This document shows positions 1 to 10,298 of a stretch of 64,000 nt of DNA, one piece after another (position 1 is the stretch's first letter; each line of letters opens with the position of its first letter). Below the pieces are notes generated by a model. The model had not been told where the DNA came from. It saw nothing but the letters and a program-made list of their open reading frames with translations, and did no database searches. The translations under genes were made by a program, and so were the position numbers. This DNA comes from Histomonas meleagridis 2922-C6/04-290x (Eukaryota; Protista; Parabasalia): the NCBI GenBank assembly GCA_020184695.1, contig JAANOX010000014.1:186001-250000 (forward strand), written 5' to 3'.

Positions 1-258
1 ATTATAAAAAATAAAATAAAATAATAACAGAAATAAAATAGAAATGTGAAAAAAGAAAAATAAATATTATTTATTGACAGATTTAAATAATAAATCATGA
101 TATAAATTTGTATTTGGCTTTTTGTTTCTTACGTTTGATTAATAAAGAAATTCAACAAATCGAAATTAAATATTAAATTCAGAATAACGAAAAAATAATG
201 TTTCACAATTTAGTAATAAAAAAAGTCGAGTTTTATTATATTTATTAAAAACAAACTA

Positions 259-1431
259 TCAAATCAACTTTGCGCAGATGCAAGTGAAGAATAGCATAAC
301 CAAAATGATAATTCCAATAAATGAAAATATTGCCAAAAATAAGAAATTCAACGATTCAAAATCACTCTGCACTAATTTATGTGTCTCAAATAATGGCAAA
401 AATTCATCTAGAATGTTTTGATATTTCGATTTTATATCTAAATTCTTTTTGCAATTTTCAATTATAACATTTGGGGTGCCCTGAAGATTTGTCACTTTTC
501 TAACCGCTTTATCGGCGGTTTCATCAAATCTGCAAAACTTTACAGACGCGCTTAAGTTCCCATTAAATGAGATTGCTGGGACTATTGTTTGATTGTTATC
601 TCTGTTACTAAAAAATCTACACGAGAGAACATTTGTTAAAGAGTTTTTACCAGTTACTGTAATTAAACCTAATTCTTTTTTAAAATTATCACAATTGTTA
701 TTAAAAAATTCTGAATTCCGTACTTTGAAATTACTATCTACAGCATAAATGCTTTTGCCTTTTTCAGCTCTGTTTCCAATAAAACCACAGTCATAAATAT
801 CCATTGAAGAATCAATAGCTCGAATTGTAGATATCGATTCTATGGCCCAATTAAACGCAAAAATGCATTTCTGTATTGTCATTACCGAATTAGAAGATTC
901 GATTGCGCCAATATTCAAAGCTGCATTTCCAGAAAAATTGGTGTTAAGAATAATAAAATTGGAATACAATGCTCTAATAGCGCCAGATTTAGAAGATGTA
1001 CAGCTTTGAAATGTTGAATTTGTAATTTTGAATGTACAATTAAAACAATTGATCGCACCACCAGGAAGTGATGCTGTTATATCACTAAAAACGCAGTTTT
1101 CTATCTTTATTTTTGAATCATTAACTTCAAGTTTTTTCTTTCTAAATTGATTTACAATTACATTTGTGCTAAAATGTTCAAAATTGGATGAAATTAATTG
1201 AAGATTTATATTTCCACCATATAACAAAGGTGAGCTTGAGTATTTGATATTAAGATTTTTGAGTTTTAGTGAAGAAACCAGAAAATTTGGAAGGGATAAA
1301 ATTAATGGTGAATTTTGATAAAGAAAAGAATAAGGTTTATGAAATTCAAAAGATGTGTTTGTAAATCTTGTTAAAGATAACAATCTTTGAAAATCCAAAG
1401 ACACTGAAACATATAAAAGACAACAAAACAT
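259..1431 (-). CDS. Pmp-like right-handed beta-helix surface protein with C-terminal transmembrane helix
   Basis: 390-aa ORF with a hydrophobic N-terminus, repeated GGAI/SGAI/IGAI and FxxN motifs (GGAINCFNCTF..., FSGN, FAFN, FIGN, FFNN) typical of polymorphic-membrane-protein-like beta-helices, and a hydrophobic stretch FLFLAIFSFIGIIILVMLFF near the C-terminus. Confidence 0.7.
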   Translation of the reverse strand: MFCCLLYVSVSLDFQRLLSLTRFTNTSFEFHKPYSFLYQNSPLILSLPNFLVSSLKLKNLNIKYSSSPLLYGGNINLQLISSNFEHFSTNVIVNQFRKKKLEVNDSKIKIENCVFSDITASLPGGAINCFNCTFKITNSTFQSCTSSKSGAIRALYSNFIILNTNFSGNAALNIGAIESSNSVMTIQKCIFAFNWAIESISTIRAIDSSMDIYDCGFIGNRAEKGKSIYAVDSNFKVRNSEFFNNNCDNFKKELGLITVTGKNSLTNVLSCRFFSNRDNNQTIVPAISFNGNLSASVKFCRFDETADKAVRKVTNLQGTPNVIIENCKKNLDIKSKYQNILDEFLPLFETHKLVQSDFESLNFLFLAIFSFIGIIILVMLFFTCICAKLI

Positions 1432-1511
1432 GAAATTGTGGCATAAATTATTGAACGGAAATTAACGACATAAATATTTTCTTTTAAAATAAAAATGATC
1501 ATAAAAATAAA

Positions 1512-2234
1512 ATGAAGCCAAATACAACTTACCAAGTTGCGACATCTAACTCTTTAATGATGGGAAATTTCGACAGAATGTCAAGCCTTGCTAACCTTCC
1601 AAAAGAATGTAATTTTGGTCTTGGATGCTTCGAAAATCTTGATGGTGAAATGATCCTCATTGATGGTAAATACTATCAATTAAAAGCTGACGGAATTGCA
1701 TATATACCAGCTGGTGATGCAGGCACTCCATTTGCTACTATTTCTAATTTCCAATCAACAAAAGAATTCACCATCTCAAAACAAATGAGTTTTGAAGAAT
1801 TCATTACATTTATGAATAGTGAAATTCCTGATGAAAATGTTCCCCTTCTTATTCGTTTTGATGGTGAATTTGATTTTGTTCACTATCGCTCAGTCCCAGC
1901 TCAAAAGAGACCATTCCCAACACTTGCATCTGTTGCTAAATCCCAACCCGAGTTCAAAAAGGAGCATATGAAGGGATCTCTTATTGGATTCCGATTCCCT
2001 AAATATTTCGCTGGCATTAACATACCTGGTTATCATGTTCACGTAATTGATGACGAAAGGAAGAATGGTGGTCATGTTCTTGGATTTACAATTGCAAGTG
2101 GAAAGATTCAAACTTCATTAAGCCAAGAATTCCACATGCACCTTCCTGCTGAAGTGGAATCGTTTAGAAAAGCTGATTTCACAGTTGACCTCTCAGCAGA
2201 TACAAAAGCAGTCGAAGGACCATTAAATAAATGA
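1512..2234 (+). CDS. alsD: Alpha-acetolactate decarboxylase
   Basis: 240-aa ORF with YQV-T---LMMG-FD, FGLGCF--LDGEMILIDG and the zinc-binding GYHVHVI...GGHV motif of the AlsD/BudA family. Confidence 0.9.
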   Translation: MKPNTTYQVATSNSLMMGNFDRMSSLANLPKECNFGLGCFENLDGEMILIDGKYYQLKADGIAYIPAGDAGTPFATISNFQSTKEFTISKQMSFEEFITFMNSEIPDENVPLLIRFDGEFDFVHYRSVPAQKRPFPTLASVAKSQPEFKKEHMKGSLIGFRFPKYFAGINIPGYHVHVIDDERKNGGHVLGFTIASGKIQTSLSQEFHMHLPAEVESFRKADFTVDLSADTKAVEGPLNK

Positions 2235-2979
2235 ATCTCAATTTGACCAAACGATCGTTGAATTTTAAGATAGAGTTTCATCATTTGAGAAGGATGCAAT
2301 CCAAAAATCGAATTTTAGCTGAAATGTTAATAATGATGATTTTCCACAAGCACTTGATAGCTCACTACATGTAGTACACGCTTTGCTTGTTTTATGATGT
2401 TACATATGAAATATTGTTGAGTTTGTTTAATTTGGAGAAATGAAACATTCAATAAGGTCTGTTTACTTTTGGTCCATTTTATCTATGACTACAAGTGTAC
2501 AATGCTTCATACTAACAGCTAAAATCTTAGTCTAGTTGCTTAGGTTTGGCTATCTTCATCCCAACGATACAGAGAAATTTAGCATGGTCCTTGGACAAAG
2601 ATGACCCTAATATCACCATAGAGTGCAAAACAACTTTTTTTCCAAGGTTCGATTCACTGATGTATCGTTTTTTTGTCTTTTTTGAACATTTTTTCATAAA
2701 CATTGGATATTTAAGTTTAAGTTAATTTTTAGCTAACAGAACTCATTTAAACATATGAAAAAATTTAAAATAGAATTATCAGCAATCTTCAGAATGGATA
2801 AATTTTTAGATATTAATTTTTAATTATGTATATTAAAACGCCAAATCTGGAACCTAACTATAAACTAGGCACTGTAGCTACATCACTAAGATTTTACAAA
2901 TTAAAGAAATTACTTATTCCACAACAAAATTTTAGGAGGCCATTTATCATTGCATGTCAAAACCGCATATTTTCACAAC

Positions 2980-3000
2980 AACCGCTAAATTCATGGCCTT
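2980..3000 (+). promoter_or_regulatory. M3/M5-like core promoter of RPS27 (AACCGCT ... ATGGCCTT)
   Basis: ATGGCCTT lies 12 nt before the RPS27 ATG and the same 8-mer precedes RPS28. The arrangement resembles the Trichomonas vaginalis M3 (Myb-element-like) plus M5 (CCTTT) core promoter; both motifs are imperfect here. Confidence 0.45.
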
Positions 3001-3012
3001 GCATTTTTCAAG

Positions 3013-3273
3013 ATGAGTACTCTTGATTGTGATATCCTCCACCCATCAATCGAAAAGGAAAAGCACACATGCAAGAAGAAGACACTCATACCAAACCCAC
3101 GTTCAGAATTTGTTTCACTCCGTTGCCCATCATGCATGAATGTTACAACAGCATTCTCACATTCACACATCCCAGTTTACTGTGAGGAATGCAACACTAC
3201 CCTTGCATACCCAACAGGCGGTCGTATCAAACTCGCAGAGAACGTTGAATGTCGCTCTAAGATTTCTGCATAA
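3013..3273 (+). CDS. RPS27: 40S ribosomal protein S27
   Basis: 86 aa with DILHPSIEKEK...LIPNPRSEF..RCPSC...FSHS...C..C.T.LA.PTGG, the canonical S27e zinc-finger. Confidence 0.97.
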   Translation: MSTLDCDILHPSIEKEKHTCKKKTLIPNPRSEFVSLRCPSCMNVTTAFSHSHIPVYCEECNTTLAYPTGGRIKLAENVECRSKISA

Positions 3274-3295
3274 ACAATTTCTTTATACAAAATGT

Positions 3296-4021
3296 TTACA
3301 AATCACTTTCTATACTTTCTTTTGGTTCCGTTGGTTGATTTATTGCTTCAATTTTAGCATCATATCTTTCTGTGATTTCAACCAATTTATTTGATAACAT
3401 CGTAACTTTCGAAAGAGGTGCAACTGATAGAGCTCTCATCCTCTTTTTCACAATAGAAACTTTTTCGCCAATACAAAGCAACAAAAACTGAGAAATTAAT
3501 TCTTGTAAATAACATGTTTCTGGAGTTGGAAACAAAGTAGAAATAATTGAATCATACATTTGCTTTGTAAACTCAACGTCTTCACCATAAAGATGAAGAA
3601 TTTGTGCAAGAAGAATATCAATTAAAGAAAAATCAAAATGATCTGTTTGAATATGTTCTATTTCTTTTTCTTGAATAAATCTCATAATAACATTTTGGAG
3701 TTTATCTGGATCTTCTTTAATGCTTTTAAGGATTTGGGAAATGCAAGAAACAAATTTTCTTGGATCACCAATAAATTCATCTAAAGAATCATCAAGAGAT
3801 TTTAACAAAACGTTCACACCTTTTTTAGGCTTACTTTCTTGAATAAAATCTATCATTTTTTGAAGGCTTTTTTGTTTTTCTTCGATTGGTAAATTTTTTA
3901 AAGATTGGATCTGATCAAGAATCTCATGAAGAATTTCGGACTCTGCATTATTTTCTGTTTTTGTATTTGTTATATTTTCTGTTTCCCAAATCTGTCTTTT
4001 TCTTTGTGATTCGTTTTCCAT
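3296..4021 (-). CDS. Hypothetical helical protein
   Basis: 241-aa ATG-initiated ORF with protein-like composition, tightly packed between RPS27 and Sec1; no family recognised. Confidence 0.7.
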   Translation of the reverse strand: MENESQRKRQIWETENITNTKTENNAESEILHEILDQIQSLKNLPIEEKQKSLQKMIDFIQESKPKKGVNVLLKSLDDSLDEFIGDPRKFVSCISQILKSIKEDPDKLQNVIMRFIQEKEIEHIQTDHFDFSLIDILLAQILHLYGEDVEFTKQMYDSIISTLFPTPETCYLQELISQFLLLCIGEKVSIVKKRMRALSVAPLSKVTMLSNKLVEITERYDAKIEAINQPTEPKESIESDL

Positions 4022-4078
4022 TCTGCGATTTGACTGACTTTGTTCGCTTTGGAAATAAACTTTTTCAAAATTTTTCGA

Positions 4079-5755
4079 ATGTTATCCATGAAAAATGATC
4101 GAGCAAACAAGAGAAAAGTAGATAAGGATGATATCAGAAGTATTGCACGCGAGCCAATTTTGAAGACGTTGGATGAATTACATAAGAAATATAAGGATAC
4201 AAAGTTTATTTTGGTACTTGATGTTCCATCAATTCCTATCATCTCTGCTTTATTCACAATGTCTGAGCTCATTCAAAATGGCGTCGTTTTGATTGAGAAA
4301 TATGACCTACAAAGAGAACCATTCCCACTTTATCATGCAATCTATTTATTAGGTCCAAATACAAGTATTGCTAACTTTATCAAAGACTTTGAATCTCAAC
4401 CTAAGTATGCAGCACCACACTTGCTCTTCAGTTATGCTCCATCAGGTGTTGTAATTGATGAACTTAATAATTCACCTGTTGTTAATCGAATTCTTACCTT
4501 CAAATCTCTTTACATCCAATTTACACCAATGGATCATCACACCTTCTTAGTTAATTCACCAGAAGCATTAAATTCATTTTATTCTCCATCACCACGAGTT
4601 AATCTTTCGCTTGCATGTGATCATATGATATCTGGTCTCATTTCGTTTTTCTTTTCTATTCGCTCTTCACCTCTAGTTTCCTTTGAGAAATCGACACAAA
4701 AGTGTGTTCAATTTGCGAATGAGTTTCAACGTCAATTCACTGAAACATATGATTCATTCCCGCCCGAGATCAAGTCGGAGTTCTCGAATAACGCCACCCT
4801 CCTCCTCATAATCCCGCGTGGCGCCGATCCTGTTGCGCCACTACTTCACCAGTTCACTTTTGAGGCGATGATTTACGACCACTTTTCAATAGATAACGAA
4901 ACCGTCCAGCTGGAGGAAGGGAAGCCCGACTCGACCCTATCTCTGAATGTCTATGAAGACCCATCTTATGAAGAGTATCGCTATGTACATCTTGGAGAAC
5001 TTTTACCATTTGTTCAGCAACGCTCAAGACGATTCCAAGAACTTCATCAACAAACATTAAGTAATGATCCAAAAGTTAAAACAGAAGCAATCAAAAAGAT
5101 ATCAAGAGAGAAAGACCTTTATAACCAAACAATTAATAGATATTCAATGGCTGTTAAGCTTAGTGAAATTAATGAAAGAAGTGGTCTTGTCCCATTTGCA
5201 GAATATGAACAAACAATTGCTACAGGACTAAAAGATGGAAACAAAGTTAAAGCATCATCACTTGAGCTTAGTCAACAACTGACCAAACCACAAATCAAAG
5301 AATCTGATAAGATTCGACTTCTAGCAATTTATAACATAAAAGGTAACCAAATGAGCGAGACAGAGCTATCTAGAAACATGGAAAGCGCTGGCATTCGAGA
5401 AGAGTATACGCCAGTATTTCGAAACCTCCAAATGTACATTGGAAAGGGAGTGAAGAGGAGCCCCAAAAAAGTGCTAATTCCTGGCGCTTATTCCTCCGAT
5501 AAGTATAACCCGTTAGTGGCGGAGGCCGTTAGCGATGCAAATAACGGTTCACTTGACCCTGACACTTTTAGTATCCCACCTCATAATGGAAAATACAAAA
5601 ATATAGTGTTGTTCATGATAGGTGGAATATCATTTATGGAATTAAGAGAGTTGAATAAATTAAGATCTCGAATGAAAGGTACAAAACTTTGGGTCGGATC
5701 TTCAAATTCACTTTATCCAAAATCTTTCGTGGAACAACTGAAGTGTCTTGCCTAA
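4079..5755 (+). CDS. Sec1/Munc18 (SM) family protein
   Basis: Motifs LILVLD, REPFP..AIY.L.P, LLIIPRGADPVAPLLHQFTFEAMIYD, YRYVHL, and C-terminal IVLFMIGGISFMELR...GS match SM proteins. The first ATG is at 4079 (alternative 4088). Confidence 0.92.
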   Translation: MLSMKNDRANKRKVDKDDIRSIAREPILKTLDELHKKYKDTKFILVLDVPSIPIISALFTMSELIQNGVVLIEKYDLQREPFPLYHAIYLLGPNTSIANFIKDFESQPKYAAPHLLFSYAPSGVVIDELNNSPVVNRILTFKSLYIQFTPMDHHTFLVNSPEALNSFYSPSPRVNLSLACDHMISGLISFFFSIRSSPLVSFEKSTQKCVQFANEFQRQFTETYDSFPPEIKSEFSNNATLLLIIPRGADPVAPLLHQFTFEAMIYDHFSIDNETVQLEEGKPDSTLSLNVYEDPSYEEYRYVHLGELLPFVQQRSRRFQELHQQTLSNDPKVKTEAIKKISREKDLYNQTINRYSMAVKLSEINERSGLVPFAEYEQTIATGLKDGNKVKASSLELSQQLTKPQIKESDKIRLLAIYNIKGNQMSETELSRNMESAGIREEYTPVFRNLQMYIGKGVKRSPKKVLIPGAYSSDKYNPLVAEAVSDANNGSLDPDTFSIPPHNGKYKNIVLFMIGGISFMELRELNKLRSRMKGTKLWVGSSNSLYPKSFVEQLKCLA

Positions 5756-6204
5756 GTTAAGAGGTTTTGCTAAAAATTAATTTTTTATGTTTGTGTTATG
5801 AATTTTTTGAAATCTTTAGATGTTAACAAAACTTTGAGCACTATCTTAGCAAAATATGGGTCAAATAAGGAATATCTCATTACGATCATTACAAGATTTC
5901 ATTAATTCATATCAACTTCATATTGGACTGAAATACATTGGAAATTCAGAAAATGTATTTAAAGCAGATAACCTCATAGTTTTAGTCTTGTTATTAGTGT
6001 AGATGAAATGGTGATAATAAATTCTAATTGAAACTATGTGCTTACTCAATCAGATTGAGATTAAAAATAATAATAATAATTAAGTGATTAATATACTAGA
6101 GGCATGTACCTCTTAACTTAGAAATACTCAAATATGTAATAGTTTTTTATTTTGTTTAAATCTGAAATGTAATGAAATTAAAATTTTTAAGAAATAATTT
6201 AATT

Positions 6205-6555
6205 TTAGTATGGATTTCTCATAAGAACATGTGCAGCTGCAATGAAACGCTCATTGAGATATGGTGATCCGCCTTTAGATAAATCATTCATCTGAAGCAT
6301 TAGATTTAATTGATTTTGAATTTGATCTGGTGATGCCTTGCCTTCAATTCCTAGAACTTGCTTGGCTTCTATTGGTAGCATTTGAGTTGTTGATTCAACA
6401 CCAAATACAGCACCTGTAAATTTTTGAAAAATATTTCCATTAGGTGCATTAAGTGCAACTGCTTGTTTTATTGCGTTGGATATTGACTGAAAAACAACCT
6501 TCGTTGAGCTGACTACAAGTCCAACAAGATCGACTAGAACCATCTGATTTTTCAT
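6205..6555 (-). CDS. PAM16: Pam16/Tim16 J-like import-motor subunit (hydrogenosomal)
   Basis: MLPIEAKQVLGI...NDLSKGGSPYLNERFIAA matches the Pam16 J-like domain (EA..IL.v...ND...GGS.YL). First ATG at 6555, alternative 6543. Confidence 0.8.
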   Translation of the reverse strand: MKNQMVLVDLVGLVVSSTKVVFQSISNAIKQAVALNAPNGNIFQKFTGAVFGVESTTQMLPIEAKQVLGIEGKASPDQIQNQLNLMLQMNDLSKGGSPYLNERFIAAAHVLMRNPY

Positions 6556-6882
6556 ATCACATTTCACTATTCTGTTTGTTTTGAAATTCTTTTTCTTGTC
6601 TTGTTTTACAGAAAACAAAATTAAAAATATTGAGTTATTAAAAGCTTCATATAAACAATACTTTTATTTGTTTGTTAAAAAATTCAATCATATTTTTGAA
6701 AAATTATCACATCAAATCATTGGTCTATAAAAACATTAATGATAAGAAAATTTATGTTCTTCAAAATCCATTAAAAATATTTCCATCAAAACATTTTAAT
6801 TTTTTTAATAATAAAAAGAATTACAGAAATATCATTTAAAACGTATATATATTTATTTACTAATACAATTTATATACAAAAA

Positions 6883-7737
6883 CTAAAGTTCGTCAATGTG
6901 TGATTTAGCTCTAATTTCTTCTAAGTTAAAATTATTATCAATTCCAAGAAAATCAAGAAATGAGTTCAATTCCACAATAACCGAACAAAATACTTCAGCC
7001 ATATGCTTACGATGCAGAGCTGCAAGTGTTTTATGTAATTCGCATTCGCTTTTTTGAAGCTGTTTCTCTATTTTTTGGTTTAACAAGTTCACAATTTTTC
7101 GATTTGTGTTCGAATATTTACTCAGAGCAATGTCTCTTTTACTGTTTTTATTGGAAGGATTTTGGTTAATCGTTTTTCTGATGTTATTTATATGGGTTTG
7201 AATTCTGTTTTTGAATGCTTCGCCAACATTAATTTCCCCAATAATGTTATTGGAAAGAAGATAATTATTAGAAATATATAGGTTAGAAAGTTGATCAATA
7301 TAATCTTTGATAGACTCATTCATAGAATTATTGGAATTATTTATATCATCAATTGACGTTTTTAATGATAATTGTTCTTCACACAACTTGCTAAAATTGA
7401 AATGATTTATGCTGTCTTTTACCTGCAATGTTTCTTTTTCAACTAGATTGATTTTTTCATTCAAAGTTTGTATTCTTTTCCTTAAATTTTGTTCGTGAAC
7501 TGCAGATAAATCACCTGTTTCCATAGATGAATATTTAATTGTTTGATCTTTTGATTTTAATTGTCGCGATAAAATATTATGCTCATTTATAATTTTTTCT
7601 AATTCTTTTTTTCTTTCATTGAGTTTATTCTTTAATTTTTTGATTTCTAATGGTTTTAAATTTTCTTCATATTTTGGGTCATCTCCTCTGAAGTAAAAAG
7701 CTGAGGCCTTATGAAAGACCCCTCTTTCATAATTCAT
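6883..7737 (-). CDS. Coiled-coil hypothetical protein
   Basis: 284-aa ORF with heptad-rich K/E/N/Q composition; no family recognised. Confidence 0.65.
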   Translation of the reverse strand: MNYERGVFHKASAFYFRGDDPKYEENLKPLEIKKLKNKLNERKKELEKIINEHNILSRQLKSKDQTIKYSSMETGDLSAVHEQNLRKRIQTLNEKINLVEKETLQVKDSINHFNFSKLCEEQLSLKTSIDDINNSNNSMNESIKDYIDQLSNLYISNNYLLSNNIIGEINVGEAFKNRIQTHINNIRKTINQNPSNKNSKRDIALSKYSNTNRKIVNLLNQKIEKQLQKSECELHKTLAALHRKHMAEVFCSVIVELNSFLDFLGIDNNFNLEEIRAKSHIDEL

Positions 7738-7895
7738 AAATTAAACGTCCGGTGCATACGTTTATTTGATTGCTAGTAAAATTACATCATACCTGAAACA
7801 GGTGCCAGTACTATGTGTTAAATATCCAAAATAACTACTATAATACATTAAAAAGTCAGAATAATGTCGAAAGAAATATGTGAGACTCATCAAAT
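7721..7895. repeat. Dispersed direct repeat, copy A (about 170 nt)
   Basis: Shares a 28-nt identical block CCTCTTTCATAATTCATAAATTAAACGT, the terminal GAGACTCATCAAAT and colinear intermediate blocks with 10299-10454. Confidence 0.85.
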
Positions 7896-8400
7896 CCGCA
7901 AACTCATAAATTTATGCATTCATATGTTGATTTAATTTAAATATGTTAAAACATATTAAATAAATAATTTTTATTTTTTAATAATGTTATATAATAACAA
8001 AAAAATGAGAGAATATAATAAAGATTATGGGAATCTTGAAAAAGGTTAATTCACCTTTTTTGGTATTTTTCTCGAGCATTTGTACAGTTAATATATAGCT
8101 TATGCACAAAAATAAAAAACTAATCAAGTTACATGTAACTTGATTATAAAAAAAAATTTCTGAATTTTGATCGCTCATAACTTGTTAAAAAATTGGTTTT
8201 AAGTCATCAAACAAGGATGAAATATCATTACAATAAATGTACTATTAATAATGTTTAAATCGCAAAATTTCATAAGAGAGTTTTTATTTTTTTCTATTAA
8301 TCGAAAAATTTTTACTAGTAATTCATATGAAGAGATATTTCAGTAACTAAAGCCTAATTCAAAACAAGAAAATTGTCTGAGTATAAATTCGTAGCATAAA

Positions 8401-8402
<2 letters not shown>

Positions 8403-8435
<33 letters not shown>
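8403..8435. repeat. (TTA)11 microsatellite
   Basis: Eleven perfect TTA units read directly from the sequence. Confidence 0.95.
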
Positions 8436-8437
<2 letters not shown>

Positions 8438-8635
8438 TTATAAATACGGATATTTATAGTAAAGAAACATTTTCTAATTAGAAAGAAAAAATCACTAAAA
8501 AAAGATGAATTAATTAAAAAATGAGCATGCTGAACGTTGTTATGATTTACTTAATAAAATTTCCTGCTGCTTGCGGCTTGTGTCTTCAAGCCGATGGAAT
8601 ATCAGATGATGATAAAGTTTAAACTGGCGATCGCC

Positions 8636-10244
8636 TCAGTGATTAATAATTTCATTTGCATATGCAAGTGCTGTATTAAATAATTTCCAAATATTATTTT
8701 GAAATATAAAATTATTAATATAAATTTTATTTTTAGCATTAATATCAATTCCTTCTTGTTCTAGAAGTAATTTAACTATTTCTGTATAACCTTTATAAGA
8801 TGCATTCATAAGTGCTGTTTTATATAATTTAAATAATTTCCAAATATTATTTTGAAATATTAAATTATTAAAATAAATTTCAAATAAAACAAATAAATAT
8901 TTTTAGCATTAATATCAATTCCTTCTTGTTCAAGAAGTAATTTAACGATTTCTGTATGACCATTTTCAGATGCTTTCATAAGTGCTGTTTTATATAATTT
9001 AAATAATTTCCAAATATTATTTTGAAATATAAAATTATTAAAATAAATTTCAAATAAAATAAATAAATATTTTTAGCATTAATATCAATTCCTTTTTGCT
9101 TTAAAATGTATGTAACAACTTCAATATTTCCTGAAAATGAAGCAAAAACTAAAATATTTTTTGGAAGTTGATCATTTTTAATGAAATATTCTACAAGAAA
9201 AATATTTCCAATTTTTGCTGCTTCATTAATGATATTTTCATTAATTTTCATTCCTTCTTCTTCTATATATGTAAAAATTTCATAATTAAAATATGAGACG
9301 CATTTTTCTCCGAATTCTTCTAATTGATTAATATCTTCAATTTTATTTTCATAAAGATAATGAAAAATATCATTTCGATGAAACTTAATTGCTGTTTTAT
9401 ATGCATCTTTAAATGATGAATGATTTTGTTCACATAAATGAATAATTTCTTCATTTCCACCTGCAACAGCGTATTTACCTGTATTTTCTACACTTGTTCC
9501 ATTCATAAGTAAATATTTAAAACATTTAATAGAAGAAAAAAATGCTGCATAATCAATTAATGCAACATTTTCTTCATTAATAAATGAACATCTTTCATAA
9601 AGTGATGGTTCAATTATTTGATTAAAATCAAAGTTTGTTTCTGATGATATTTCTTGAAGTTTTTCTATTTCATCATTTCGAATGATTTTTGCAATTTTAT
9701 TCGGATTATGTCCTTCTTTAATATATTTCTTATGTAATTCCCAATCATTCTTTGAAAGTTCTTCATAAGCAATATTTTCTTGATCAAATAAATATTTATA
9801 TTTATCTGATTTATCTTGATTAATATGAACAAAAAATGGTTTAAATTTATTTTGGATGATTTTTGATTCAATTAAATTATACTCAATCATGTAATTCAGA
9901 AAATATAATGATTCTTGTGTGTTTTTTTTAAGTAGAAATTGAGAAAATAAATTTATTATTTTTGCGTTGATTTTATTATTTTCTTCATACTTTTCAATTT
10001 CTTGTAATAACCTCAAATATATATCAAAATTATTAATATTAATCAGAAGAGATGTATATATCATTCGGCATATAATGATGTTATAAGACATTGGATATTT
10101 TTTACAAAACTTGCTGATAATAAAATTTGATGATTGAGCAAAATTATCTATATTTAAACCAAAGATTATGTTTTTGAGCGTTGTAGATGTTTCCCATTCG
10201 TTTTGAGATTTATGATTTGTTGTTGCTGTTTGATTTTGACTCAT
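8636..10244 (-). CDS. DUF3447-ankyrin repeat protein, locus 1, with 3 spacer-interrupted C-terminal ankyrin repeats
   Basis: The 422-aa ORF has the DUF3447-type core (IIRNDEIEKLQ...SLYE...IDYAAFFSSIKCFKYL) and runs into GIDINAKN. Further KTALMKASENGHTEIVKLLLEQEGIDINAKN-type units follow at 8991-8899, 8821-8729 and 8677-8636, separated by non-coding-looking spacers. Confidence 0.85.
8678..9068 (-). other. Ankyrin-linker spacers, locus 1: 9068-8992 (77 nt), 8898-8822 (77 nt), 8728-8678 (51 nt)
   Basis: Delimited between the AAT of INAKN and the codon before ACA-GCA. All share ...TATTTCAAAATAATATTTGGAAATTATTT. Confidence 0.9.
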
Positions 10245-10298
10245 TCTATGATAAACTGTGGTCGACTAAAAATTACTTTCAAAATTTACAAAAATTTG

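Noticed and set aside
2290-2700. Higher-complexity intergenic stretches (also 25400-26250, 33010-33770, 52300-52720) that look like decayed genes
   Set aside because: Stops occur in all frames and no family could be recognised.
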